Below are positions 1 to 9,650 of a stretch of 64,000 bases of DNA, in pieces. Every line of letters starts with the position of its first letter. The stretch's first letter is position 1. This DNA is from Lysobacterales bacterium. Its GTDB lineage: Bacteria > Pseudomonadota > Gammaproteobacteria > Xanthomonadales > SZUA-5. The DNA lies in assembly GCA_022844165.1 (NCBI GenBank), contig JALHMH010000023.1, positions 13,314-77,313 on the forward strand, written 5' to 3'. Both the position numbers and the translations under genes were made by a program. The notes beneath the pieces were generated by a model. It worked only from the letters and a program-made list of their open reading frames with translations, was not told the DNA's origin and ran no database searches.

Positions 1-1404
1 GACGCGTTTGATCACACCCTGCCGTTTGTGGCCCTCGATGGAGACAACCTCGACGCGCTCGCCAATGGCCGAAAGCAAGGACTCAGTGGTCAGCTCCAGT
101 GGCGTCGGTTTTGGCGGCTCGCGCCGCGGTTTGACTACCGGCTGAAAAATTGCCTCGGTCACCGGCAGCGTGCGCACGCCGGACGACGGCGCCGACGTGG
201 CTGTGGCGGCGACGACCACGGGTTTCGGCGTCGTCTCCTGAGTTGCCGGCTTGCCCTCGCCGCGTGCGATCATGTCGTAAATGCTACCGCCGTATTCCGC
301 AGGTAGCGCTCGCACGTTGATCGCCTCGACAATCATCGGCATTGCCGGCTCGTCGTTGAACTGCAACTTAGGCTCCATCCGCATCAACTTGAGTGCCCAT
401 GGCTCATCGCTGGTCCAATCAGGCGTCTTGCCGACGATCGTCAACGCACCGCCCTGGCGTGCAAACGTCGAATAAATCGACTCGGTTTCCGGCGACATGC
501 GCGCGCCGAAAACTTCCAGCACGCGCCGTACCGACGTGATATGTCGCCGCTGAAACTCATCCGCATCGATATTGGCCTCGGCGGCACACCAGTCGTTGCG
601 CGCCGCGACGAACCCGCGGTCGTCGATGGTGATCGTCGTGCCCAGGCGCGTTTGTTCCGTGCTGTCGCTTTGCGCGTACCGCTGGGCAATGTCGACCTGG
701 ATTTCTGTGGCGATTCTGGACGCGATCACGCCGGAATCGAGCGTCAGCTCCTGGACGATTGTATCCGGTCCGGAGACGCGGTAGCCAAAACTCAGCGTTG
801 TTTCGGCATAAGGCAATGCCAGTTCCTGGCGCAGATTGAGCGGCACGAAATAGCGATACGCCAGGCAGCCTTCAGTCTCGAACGGCGCGCCCGACGCCAA
901 ACCCAGCTTCGGCTTGCCAGGCAATCGACTCTCTGCCAATTCCACTTCGAACCCTCGAAAGTGTACATACAGCGCGTCGTTGGGCGGCAACGACGGTGCG
1001 GAGAAACTGCGCCCACGGAGCACCTCGCCCAATCCACGCACAATGCTCGACAAGGCTCTGCTATCACCAGTCACCGGATTGACAGCACGCAGAGTCCACC
1101 ACCATCCCGGCGTGTCGATTTCGAAACGGTCCGTTATCAGATAAGAGCCCCCGTCGTTGTCCAAGTCGATCCGCAGCCGATCGATACCGACATCGCCCGA
1201 AAGCGTGTAATAGCCCCCGCGGTGGCTGATCGTACCGGTGACCCCGATGGCGCCCGTCAGGCTCTGTACGGCTTCTTCGATGCGACTGATCAAAAGAAAG
1301 TGCACGCCGACGACAGTGACCATGCCGGCCGCGACGGCGATCATCCAGCGCGGCAAACCGCTGCTGCGAGGACGCGGCTTGCCGGGCGCTTTCGCTCTGG
1401 CCAT
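1..1404 (-). CDS. Conserved hypothetical membrane-anchored protein, 3' end runs off the window (missing from the ORF track)
   Basis: ATG at 1404 preceded by AGGAGG; translation MARAKAPGKPRPRSSGLPRWMIAVAAGMVTVVGVHFLL... gives an N-terminal TM helix; no in-frame stop found down to base 1; Pro/Ala/Thr-rich linker near 120-260. Confidence 0.8.
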   Translation of the reverse strand, partial: MARAKAPGKPRPRSSGLPRWMIAVAAGMVTVVGVHFLLISRIEEAVQSLTGAIGVTGTISHRGGYYTLSGDVGIDRLRIDLDNDGGSYLITDRFEIDTPGWWWTLRAVNPVTGDSRALSSIVRGLGEVLRGRSFSAPSLPPNDALYVHFRGFEVELAESRLPGKPKLGLASGAPFETEGCLAYRYFVPLNLRQELALPYAETTLSFGYRVSGPDTIVQELTLDSGVIASRIATEIQVDIAQRYAQSDSTEQTRLGTTITIDDRGFVAARNDWCAAEANIDADEFQRRHITSVRRVLEVFGARMSPETESIYSTFARQGGALTIVGKTPDWTSDEPWALKLMRMEPKLQFNDEPAMPMIVEAINVRALPAEYGGSIYDMIARGEGKPATQETTPKPVVVAATATSAPSSGVRTLPVTEAIFQPVVKPRREPPKPTPLELTTESLLSAIGERVEVVSIEGHKRQGVIKRV

Positions 1405-1528
1405 GGTGTGCCTCCTGATTTCTGGACGCTAAGAATATCGGCTCAAATGAACAGCTGTCTGCCTGATCGCGCATCTCACCGGGCAGTTCTGGCAAACTTC
1501 AATCTAAATCTGGATGGGGAGCGGGTCG

Positions 1529-1840
1529 ATGCGTGTCGCATTTTTTGCGGTAGTGGCAATAGCGTTGTCGAGCTGCAGCTGGGTCCGCTTGAACGAGGGC
1601 GCTGGCGGCGTTCGTGTCCTGGACAGTGGCGCGTCGGTTTCAGGTTGCCAATACAAGGGCGAAATTTCCACCAGCGTCACCAATCGCCTCGCGGGCCTCG
1701 AGCGCAATTCGATCAAGGTCGCCGACGAGCTGGAGACGCTCGCGCGGAATGAGGCTGCGCAACTGGGCGCCAATACGTTGCGACCAGAATCGGAACCGGT
1801 CGCTGGCGAACAGCGATTCACGGCCTACGTCTGTCCTTGA
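1529..1840 (+). CDS. DUF4156-family lipoprotein
   Basis: Lipobox ALSSC; CQYKGEI...ELETLARNEAAQLGANT...AYVCP pattern typical of DUF4156. Confidence 0.8.
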   Translation: MRVAFFAVVAIALSSCSWVRLNEGAGGVRVLDSGASVSGCQYKGEISTSVTNRLAGLERNSIKVADELETLARNEAAQLGANTLRPESEPVAGEQRFTAYVCP

Positions 1841-1897
1841 GCGTTCGCTGGAATTGCGCGGCACGCGCGAACACGAGCGCGAACGATCGACGAGTAC

Positions 1898-2365
1898 TTA
1901 TTCTCCAGGCTTGGCATCGTTTTTCGGCACATCGCCTGGACACGCGCACCCACCGTTGTCGAAGACGATACGCCAACTGCCGTCGCTGTCTCTGCGCCAG
2001 GTCGAAACAAAGCGAGCGATGACAGCGCCTTCCGCACCCACAACACGTCCCTCGGTGTAACCCAGATCGCCACTGCCAGTCACATCGACAAGATCCGGGC
2101 CCCACGCAAATGGAGCCGGCGTATCGGCTTTGAAGAACTGCTGCCAGTGCGCGGCGATCGCCTGCTTGCCACGTAGCGGCTGACCGCCGTTCAAGAACAC
2201 GGCATCGTCCGCAATGTGGCTCATGAAAGCCTCAAAGCTCCGATCCGCCATTGTCTGGGCGAATGCCTTCTCTGCGCGGGTCACTTCTGCGCGTCGCTGT
2301 TCCAAATCGACTTGAGCCTGGGCGGAGAATGTGGCCAGGAGTAGCAAAAGAGTGATCGTGCGCAC
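1898..2365 (-). CDS. Secreted NTF2-like (DUF4440/YybH-type) protein
   Basis: Signal peptide ending AQA; AEKAFA...DDAVF...SGDLGYTEG...STWRRDSDGSWRIVFDNG; GTG start chosen at 2365. Confidence 0.8.
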   Translation of the reverse strand: MRTITLLLLLATFSAQAQVDLEQRRAEVTRAEKAFAQTMADRSFEAFMSHIADDAVFLNGGQPLRGKQAIAAHWQQFFKADTPAPFAWGPDLVDVTGSGDLGYTEGRVVGAEGAVIARFVSTWRRDSDGSWRIVFDNGGCACPGDVPKNDAKPGE

Positions 2366-2636
2366 GACTAAAGTCCTCTGACTTGAGAACTGCAATGGTA
2401 TCCGTTCGCGGCGAACGACCCAAGAGCTGACGGTCTGTGCGTGACCGGCAACTGCCGGGTTCTTGCCAAAAAGCGATCGGACGAAAGCCAGGAAGACCAG
2501 GCGAATCCCGGATCGTGTCGAAATTGGACAGCGTTGCGTTCGATTTCGAACGTTGGTTCGCCCGTGCCGCGAAAGCTACAGCCATCGACGCGGCCAAACT
2601 GTTCTTCTACGCGGCGAGACCACAGGGTCTCTTCGC

Positions 2637-2651
2637 TGGCACGGATTCTGC
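2637..2651 (+). promoter_or_regulatory. Putative sigma54 (-24/-12) promoter of the ABC exporter operon
   Basis: TGGCACGGATTCTGC matches TGGCACG-N4-TTGC with exact GG-N10-GC spacing, 14 nt before the ATG at 2665. Confidence 0.7.
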
Positions 2652-2664
2652 GTAAGCGGCGGTT

Positions 2665-3918
2665 ATGGACATTCAACGCCCCGATTTACTGAAGAAGCGT
2701 CAACAACGCCGCGTGGTTTATACGGCGGTTGGCGTGGTGCTTTTCATCGCCAGTGCTTATGGCGTCTCCCGCCTCGAACCAGCAGCGCCAGACGTCGACC
2801 GACAATCGATATGGATCGACACCGTCAAACGCGGCGAATTGCTGCGCGAGGTCCGCGGCCCTGGACAGCTGGTGCCCAAAGAAACGCGCTGGATCGCCGC
2901 CGATACGCCCGCCCGGGTCGAGAAGATCATCGTGCGACCTGGCGCCGCGGTCGAGCCCGACACGGTCATCTTGAGTCTCAGCAATCCCGAGCTCGACGAT
3001 CAGGTGCTGGCGGCCCGGGCTGCCTTCGAAGCCGCGCGGGCCGATACCGAAGCACTGCGTACTCAGCTTGCCAGTCAGCTGCTCGACCAACAAGCCAACA
3101 TCGCTTCGGTTCGCGCCGACTACGAGAGTGCAAAGTTACAGGCTGAAGCCGAAACCGAACTCAATTCGCGCGGCATCGTTTCCGCGCTGCAATCGCGCCA
3201 GAGCGTGCTACGCGCCGAGCAGCTCAAGGTGCGCCTCGACATTGAGCAGCAGCGCCTGCAAATGCAAAAGACCAATCTCGATGCACAAATCGGCGCGCAG
3301 CAGGCGCGCCTTGCGCAACTGCAAGCCACCTTCCAATTGCGCGAGAGTCAGGCACGTGCGCTGCAAGTCCGTGCCGGCATGCAGGGGATTTTGCAGATCA
3401 TTCCGGTTGAGGAAGGACAACAGCTGTTGGCCGGCACCAACCTGGCGCGCGTGGCGCGGCCGGATGTACTTCGCGCCGAGTTGCGCGTTCCAGAGACGCA
3501 AGCCAAAGACGTTGCAATCGGCCAGAGCGTGCGCGTCGATACGCGCAACGGCATCGTGCCGGGAACGGTCGTGCGAATCGACCCGGCGGTGGTCGCAGGC
3601 ACCGTACAAGTCGATGTCGATCTGATCGGCGACTTGCCGCCCGGCGCGCGCCCGGATCTGAGCGTGGATGGCACGATCGAGATCGAAAAATTGAGCGATG
3701 TGTTGTATGTCGGCCGCCCAGCTTTTGCCCAATCCGACTCGCGCACCACGCTATTCAAACTTGACGACAGCGGCGAGCGCGCAGTGCGCACGCCAGTCGC
3801 TCTGGGCAGGGCCAGCGTCAGCCTGATCGAAATCACGCAAGGTTTGCAACCGGGCGATCGAGTCGTTCTGTCCGACACGTCCGCATACGATGCCCACGAC
3901 CGGCTGCGGCTGCGCTGA
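2665..3918 (+). CDS. Periplasmic adaptor (HlyD/MacA-like membrane fusion protein)
   Basis: N-terminal TM, lipoyl halves (VEKIIVRPGAAV, VEEGQQL), long coiled coil, GLQPGDRVV C-terminus. Confidence 0.92.
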   Translation: MDIQRPDLLKKRQQRRVVYTAVGVVLFIASAYGVSRLEPAAPDVDRQSIWIDTVKRGELLREVRGPGQLVPKETRWIAADTPARVEKIIVRPGAAVEPDTVILSLSNPELDDQVLAARAAFEAARADTEALRTQLASQLLDQQANIASVRADYESAKLQAEAETELNSRGIVSALQSRQSVLRAEQLKVRLDIEQQRLQMQKTNLDAQIGAQQARLAQLQATFQLRESQARALQVRAGMQGILQIIPVEEGQQLLAGTNLARVARPDVLRAELRVPETQAKDVAIGQSVRVDTRNGIVPGTVVRIDPAVVAGTVQVDVDLIGDLPPGARPDLSVDGTIEIEKLSDVLYVGRPAFAQSDSRTTLFKLDDSGERAVRTPVALGRASVSLIEITQGLQPGDRVVLSDTSAYDAHDRLRLR

Positions 3919-3965
3919 TTGCCTCACACCTTGAATCCCAAAGAACCAACGACCTGAAGAGTGCC

Positions 3966-4709
3966 ATGACCCAACCACTAATTACGCTCCGCGACGTAGG
4001 CAAGATGTATCTCACCGAGGACGTCGAGACACACGCGCTTTCAGGGATTCATCTCGACATTGCCAAGGGTGAATATGTTTCGATTTCCGGACCCTCGGGC
4101 TGCGGCAAATCGACGTTGTTGGCCATCCTGGGATTGCTCGATAGCCCATCGAGCGGCAGCTACGAAATCAACCATCGCTCCGTGGCGCAGATTGGCGCCA
4201 ACGAACGAGCGCGTATCCGCAACAAAGAAATCGGCTTCATCTTTCAGGCGTTCAATTTGATCGGCGATTTGAATGTCTTCGAGAATGTGGAACTGCCGTT
4301 GACTTACCGACCAGGATTGAGCAAAGCCGAGCGCAAACAGCGCGCACAGGCAGCGCTCGATCGCGTCGGCATGGCGCATCGCCTGAAACATTTCCCGTCG
4401 CAGCTCTCCGGTGGCCAGCAGCAGCGCGTCGCCGTCGCCCGCGCGCTCGTCGGCGATCCATCGATCCTGCTCGCCGACGAACCAACCGGCAACCTGGACT
4501 CGAAGAACGGCGAGGCCGTCATGCAACTGTTGCACGAACTGCACAGCGCGGGCGCGACCATTTGTATGGTCACGCACGATCCGCGTTACGCCGATTTTGC
4601 GGACCGCAAGGTCTTCATGTTTGATGGTCGAATCGTCGACGAGGCAACGCTGCAGCAACTTCGTCACGAAGAAGATACGCGCATCCGCAAGATGGCAACC
4701 GGAGCCTGA
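3966..4709 (+). CDS. ABC transporter ATP-binding protein (MacB/LolD type)
   Basis: Walker [33 protein letters not shown]. Confidence 0.95.
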   Translation: MTQPLITLRDVGKMYLTEDVETHALSGIHLDIAKGEYVSISGPSGCGKSTLLAILGLLDSPSSGSYEINHRSVAQIGANERARIRNKEIGFIFQAFNLIGDLNVFENVELPLTYRPGLSKAERKQRAQAALDRVGMAHRLKHFPSQLSGGQQQRVAVARALVGDPSILLADEPTGNLDSKNGEAVMQLLHELHSAGATICMVTHDPRYADFADRKVFMFDGRIVDEATLQQLRHEEDTRIRKMATGA

Positions 4710-4710
4710 T

Positions 4711-7116
4711 ATGAGCGCCTTCGGCAGCGAATTCCTGCAGTCCCTGCGCGCTTTGCGGACACAGCCCGCCAGCACGCTTCTGATTGTTGCCGTTTTGACG
4801 CTTGGTCTCGCCGGCGTCATCTCAATGGTGACGGTGATTAAAGGTCTGGTGTGGAATCCGTTGCCGTTTCCTAATGCCGACCAGGTACTCCACGTGGGTT
4901 GGCTGGAAGAGGGCAATCGGGATGGAGAGCCCGAGCCGCTGAATCGCGATGGTCTGGTGAAACTCCGAGCGCAAGTCGGCGACGCGGCACAGTTGGCATC
5001 GGCGGCGATCGCCACTATCAACGTGTCCGATGCGGTCAGTGTCGCCCGCTACGACGGCGCGTTCGTCACTCACAACTTGTTCTCGATGTTTGGCATCGAA
5101 CCGATGCTGGGACGCGGCTTGCGCCCGGAAGACGATGCGCCTGGCGCGCCGATCGTGCTGCTGATCAGCCATGCCGTGTGGCGCGATCGATTCGGTGGTG
5201 CCAGCGATGTGCTGGGACGCGCCGTGCGCGTCAATGGCGAGCCAGCGACGATCATCGGCGTCATGCCGCCGGGTTTTGCGTTCCCACGTCGCGAACAGGC
5301 CTGGGCCGCGCTGCGACCACAGGCGGGGCAAGAAGATTTTTACGGCCTCTTGTTTGCCCAACTGGCACCGGGAGAATCTGCTGGTGCGCTGCGATCGGCG
5401 ATCGAGCGCTGGTTGGACGCCGAGCGGCTGGAAAACCCGGACGAGTATCGCAATGCCTATGCCGGTGTTTCTCCAGTGGGGCATTTGTACGCCGACAACA
5501 CGACACGCGACATCCTCGGTGTGATGCTGGCGACGGTTTTCATGGTACTGCTGGTGGCATGCGCCAACGCCGCGAGCGTTACGCTGGCGCGCACCTTGGC
5601 GCGCAGCCGCGATCTGGCCGTGCGGCTGACGCTGGGCGCCAGTCGGTGGCGGGTTGCGGCGCACTTGTTGGCGCAGAGTCTCTGGATGAACGGCCTTGCG
5701 TTAGTGCTGGCTTTGCCCTTAGCGGACTTTGCGCTGGATAGACTATTTGGTGGCTTCCAGGGAACCGACGAAGGTCCGCCGCCTTGGATGAGTTTCGAAT
5801 TCGATTCGCAGTTGGTGCTGTTTGCGGCCGGGGTCGCACTGTTATCGTCCATCGTCGTCGCATTGCTACCGGTGCTGCGCTTACGCGTCGACGCGCTCGG
5901 TGCCAGCCTTCGCGATGGTGGCCGTGCGGTAGCCGGTGGCAGCTCAACCCAACTGGCACGTTGGCTGGTCTCCGCACAACTGGCACTTGCCTGTGTGGTA
6001 CTGATGATGACGCTGGCCACGGTTCGTGGTGTCGATTCCCTGGTCCGCACCGATCTTGGCGTCGATACCGAGCGTTTGCTGACCGCACGCATAGGCCTCT
6101 TCCCGAGCGGCTATCCCGACGATGCGGCGGTCCTGAGTTACTTCGAATCGCTGGTGCAACGGCTGGAACGAGAACCGGGTGTCGAGTCGGCGACGGCGAC
6201 GACGACGTTGCCGGGGCAGAATGCGCAAATCGAGTCGGCGATACCCGCGGGTTTCGACGTGGGCGATGACGGCGCTCCGGACATTCGTTACGGCGCCGTG
6301 GATCCCGGGTTCTTCAAGACCTTCAATGTGCGCCTACGCGCCGGTCGTGGCATTGAGGCACGCGACAACGCCGAAGGTGATGCGGTCATGGTGATCGACC
6401 AGTCCTTTGCCGATCAGTACTTCGCTGGACAAGACCCAATCGGGCAAACGGTGCTTTGGAATTCCGATGGGGAACAGCCGCAAACCCGCACCGTGATCGG
6501 CGTCGTCGACACGCTCGTCCTGGATGACGTCAACGATGACGTCCTGCCTGGCGCTTTGTTGCCATTGGCGCAAATGCCCGTGCGCTTCGCCAGCGTCGCC
6601 TTGCGTACCAATGGAGATCCGATCGCGTTCAAGCGCCGTTTCACGGAGGTGCTCCGTGAGCATGATCCCGAGACGCCCGCCTATTGGCTACGCAGCTACG
6701 AAGAAGTGCTGAGAGTGGCGCTTGCTGGCGAACGTGTCGTGTCGTCAATGTTCACCGCGTTTGGCGTCGTGGCTCTGTTGCTTGCGGCTGTCGGCTTGTA
6801 TGGACTCATTAGCGAGTTGGTAGCTCAGCGTACGCGCGAGATCGGTGTGCAACGCGCTTTAGGAGCTGGTGCCGCCAAGATTTTGTATGTTCTGATGCGC
6901 AAGAGCCTGCCGCAGGTGCTGGTCGGCCTCGGGGTCGGCCTGGCGCTTGCTGTTCCGTCAGCGAACCTGTTGTCTGGCGTCTTGAACATACCACCCGATC
7001 ACTATTCGATCCTGGTCCTGATCGCAATGCTGGTCGGCATTGCGACGCTGGCCATTCTGCTACCGGCGAGTCGCGCACTCAGCGTCGACCCAACCGTTGC
7101 ACTGCGCTCAGAGTAG
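4711..7116 (+). CDS. ABC permease with duplicated MacB_PCD/FtsX domains (ADOP-like)
   Basis: LLVACANAA, RDLAVRLTLGA, RTREIGVQRALGA, C-terminal VDPTVALRSE; ATG 2 nt after the upstream stop. Confidence 0.92.
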   Translation: MSAFGSEFLQSLRALRTQPASTLLIVAVLTLGLAGVISMVTVIKGLVWNPLPFPNADQVLHVGWLEEGNRDGEPEPLNRDGLVKLRAQVGDAAQLASAAIATINVSDAVSVARYDGAFVTHNLFSMFGIEPMLGRGLRPEDDAPGAPIVLLISHAVWRDRFGGASDVLGRAVRVNGEPATIIGVMPPGFAFPRREQAWAALRPQAGQEDFYGLLFAQLAPGESAGALRSAIERWLDAERLENPDEYRNAYAGVSPVGHLYADNTTRDILGVMLATVFMVLLVACANAASVTLARTLARSRDLAVRLTLGASRWRVAAHLLAQSLWMNGLALVLALPLADFALDRLFGGFQGTDEGPPPWMSFEFDSQLVLFAAGVALLSSIVVALLPVLRLRVDALGASLRDGGRAVAGGSSTQLARWLVSAQLALACVVLMMTLATVRGVDSLVRTDLGVDTERLLTARIGLFPSGYPDDAAVLSYFESLVQRLEREPGVESATATTTLPGQNAQIESAIPAGFDVGDDGAPDIRYGAVDPGFFKTFNVRLRAGRGIEARDNAEGDAVMVIDQSFADQYFAGQDPIGQTVLWNSDGEQPQTRTVIGVVDTLVLDDVNDDVLPGALLPLAQMPVRFASVALRTNGDPIAFKRRFTEVLREHDPETPAYWLRSYEEVLRVALAGERVVSSMFTAFGVVALLLAAVGLYGLISELVAQRTREIGVQRALGAGAAKILYVLMRKSLPQVLVGLGVGLALAVPSANLLSGVLNIPPDHYSILVLIAMLVGIATLAILLPASRALSVDPTVALRSE

Positions 7117-7120
7117 ACGT

Positions 7121-7292
7121 TGTGGGTCGCGCAATCGCGCGATGCTGTGATCCGTTCCCAGTCGCCTCGGAAAAATTGAGAGACGACATTCGGTCGAAAG
7201 GTGATACGTGGACAAGAACGCGCTGGATCGCGAACCAATGGGGTTGAGCAAATCGGAACAGCACACAGCGTCGCGCGATCGCGCGACCTACG
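7121..7292. repeat. Inverted pair of GTAG/GTGG-type REP elements (REPIN-like)
   Basis: TGTGGGTCGCGCAATCGCGCGATGCTGTG (7121-7149) is an inverted repeat of CACAGCGTCGCGCGATCGCGCGACCTACG (7264-7292); each has a GT(A/G)G head followed by a GC-rich palindrome. Confidence 0.75.
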
Positions 7293-7302
7293 GAGGCGTG
7301 TC

Positions 7303-9636
7303 GTGCTGAACCGATTACTCCGCGCCAAATCCTACTCGCTCACCTTGCTGGCCACATTGAGCGTCGGCCTCGCCTTGAGCATTGCCATGTTCGCAATTGT
7401 CTGGGGCGTGGCCTTCGCGCCGCTGCCCTATCCGGACTCGCATGAGATCGTGTATCTGAATGCCGAACGGGCGCAAAGTCGGGCGCGTGGTGGATTGACA
7501 CCGCGCGAGGCGCTGGTCGACCTGCCTGGCATCGCCGCCTTGGAAAACGTTGCCTACTACCAGTGGGGCGGCGTCGACTGGATCGACAAGGGCGAGACAG
7601 TGGTGTTCACGATCAACACCGTGGCGCCAAACTTCTTCGACGTGCTTCAGGCGCCGGCGTTTCTCGGGCGCACGCTCACTCGAGACGATGCCGGAACACA
7701 GCGCCTGGTGTTGAGCCATTCCACCTGGCAGCGCATCAGCGGCGATCCGGCGATTGTCGGTACGGTTTTGAACACTGGTTGGATCAGCGCCGAAGTCGTC
7801 GGCGTCATGCCGCCGAGCTTTGCGTATCCCGATAACGAAGTGGCGCTCTGGATCGTCGCTGACGAGTCGGGGCTACGTGATGATCCGGCGGTGTTCGACA
7901 ATGCGCGTTTTTTGAATGCGATCGCACGGATCAACCCCGAATCCTCAATGGCAGCCGTCGATGCTCAACTTGCACAACTGCGTCCGCCCACGGGAGATGA
8001 ATGGACGCTGCGCGCGCGAGTACTGCTCGACGCCGAGGTTGGTGCACGGCGACCGCTGTTGATGGCCTTGCTCGCGATCGCCCTGTTGGTGCTGATCGTG
8101 GGCTGCGCAAACGCGGCACACCTGGTGTTTGTGCGCGGACACGAGCGCGCAAGATCGTTGACCGTGATGCGAGCACTGGGTGCCAGCCCGGCGCGTACCG
8201 CTTTCGAGTTCTTTGCCGAGACCGCAAGCATTTCCGCCCTGGCACTGATCATCGCGCTGGTGCTTGCCCGGGTTGCGCTCAATTCGATTGGCATCGCCGA
8301 TTCGGGATTGCCACGGCTCGATAACATTGCCATCTCGCCGCTGGTGATCGCCTTTGCAGCAGGCTGCGCGATCGTTGCGATGTTGCTCGCGGGCTTATTG
8401 CCCGCGTGGCGCCTGCGCGCCGCGGAGAGACAGTCTCTGACCCGGCAGATCAATGCACCGTCGTTGGGGTGGGTCGAACGCGTTCTGCCTGGTGTGGCGA
8501 TCGCGCTGTCCCTCGCGGCGGCGGCGACCGCCGGTGCGTTGAGCTTGAGCGCTGAGCGTATGGCCAGCCAACCGCAATTGGCAGACGTCAACAAGCTTCT
8601 TGCGCTGCAGCTCTGGCGCAACGGCAATGCGCCAGAAACCGACGAAGCGTTTTTTGCCGATGCACTGCGCTCGCTGCAAGCGACCCCTGGCGCCCAGCGC
8701 GTCGCGCTGATGTCTGGCGCGCCGTTTTCGCAGATCGGTTCGTTGAACCTGGATGTCCATACCAGCGAAACGCCCGATCGCAGTCACAGCATTCAAACAC
8801 GCTCCGTGGCGGGCCCGGTCATGGAGATGTTGGGTGGACGCATTGTTCGCGGCCGCGGCCTGTCGGCGGACGATGTCAAAGGCAGCGCACCCGTCGCTGT
8901 GATCAACGAGCGCGCCGTGTTCGAGCTCTTCGGCGACAACAACCCAATCGGCGAACGCCTGACGATTCCGCCCTATGGCAGCGGAGAACCACGCAGTTTC
9001 GAAATTGTCGGCGTGATGGCCAACCTGACCAGCGATCGCGTCGACTTCAAGCGCCCCAGTGCGGAACTCTGGCTGTCGTTCGTGCAGTACCCGGTGCCAT
9101 TCGGGGCGTTCCTGGTCGAGGCCCAAGCCGCGCCAATGGCGCTGGCAAAGGCTTCCGAGGCGGCCATCAAGAGCGCCGATCCGGGCCAGGCGATCTACGC
9201 CACATTTGCGCCGAAAGAACTGATCGCGCAACAACTTGCCCTGCCGAGGTTTTTTGCGCGTAACGCCAGCTTGTTTGCGCTGTTGGCCATGGGGCTGGCG
9301 GTGATCGGCATCTACGGCGTGCTGTCGGTGGATCTGGCACGCAGGCGGCGCGAACTGGCGCTGCGCGCGGCGCTCGGCGCCGGCGGGCGGGCGCTGATTG
9401 CGCAGGTTGCCAGGCAAGGTGCGCTGATTGGCGTCCCCGGCCTCGTGCTCGGCAGCGTATTGGCGGCGTTTGCGATCGATCAAATCCAGCGGACCCTGGT
9501 CGGTGTCGAGGGACATATTGGTCTGGTGATCGCTTCGGCTGCAGCAGCACTGCTCCTATTGTTGGGATCGATCAGCATCGTCTTGGGTCGCCGTGCTGCG
9601 AGCGTGGATCCGGCACTGGCGCTGCGCAGCGAATAG
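7303..9636 (+). CDS. ABC permease, ADOP-like (second paralog)
   Basis: GGAGG RBS at 7292-7296 before GTG 7303; IVGCANAA, RRRELALRAALGA, VDPALALRSE. Confidence 0.9.
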   Translation: MLNRLLRAKSYSLTLLATLSVGLALSIAMFAIVWGVAFAPLPYPDSHEIVYLNAERAQSRARGGLTPREALVDLPGIAALENVAYYQWGGVDWIDKGETVVFTINTVAPNFFDVLQAPAFLGRTLTRDDAGTQRLVLSHSTWQRISGDPAIVGTVLNTGWISAEVVGVMPPSFAYPDNEVALWIVADESGLRDDPAVFDNARFLNAIARINPESSMAAVDAQLAQLRPPTGDEWTLRARVLLDAEVGARRPLLMALLAIALLVLIVGCANAAHLVFVRGHERARSLTVMRALGASPARTAFEFFAETASISALALIIALVLARVALNSIGIADSGLPRLDNIAISPLVIAFAAGCAIVAMLLAGLLPAWRLRAAERQSLTRQINAPSLGWVERVLPGVAIALSLAAAATAGALSLSAERMASQPQLADVNKLLALQLWRNGNAPETDEAFFADALRSLQATPGAQRVALMSGAPFSQIGSLNLDVHTSETPDRSHSIQTRSVAGPVMEMLGGRIVRGRGLSADDVKGSAPVAVINERAVFELFGDNNPIGERLTIPPYGSGEPRSFEIVGVMANLTSDRVDFKRPSAELWLSFVQYPVPFGAFLVEAQAAPMALAKASEAAIKSADPGQAIYATFAPKELIAQQLALPRFFARNASLFALLAMGLAVIGIYGVLSVDLARRRRELALRAALGAGGRALIAQVARQGALIGVPGLVLGSVLAAFAIDQIQRTLVGVEGHIGLVIASAAAALLLLLGSISIVLGRRAASVDPALALRSE

Positions 9637-9650
9637 TCGAGGAGTCGGAA

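Noticed and set aside
541-1752. 403-aa plus-strand ORF
   Set aside because: Antisense shadow of the minus-strand CDS (<1-1404, strong RBS) and overlaps the DUF4156 gene; no recognisable motifs
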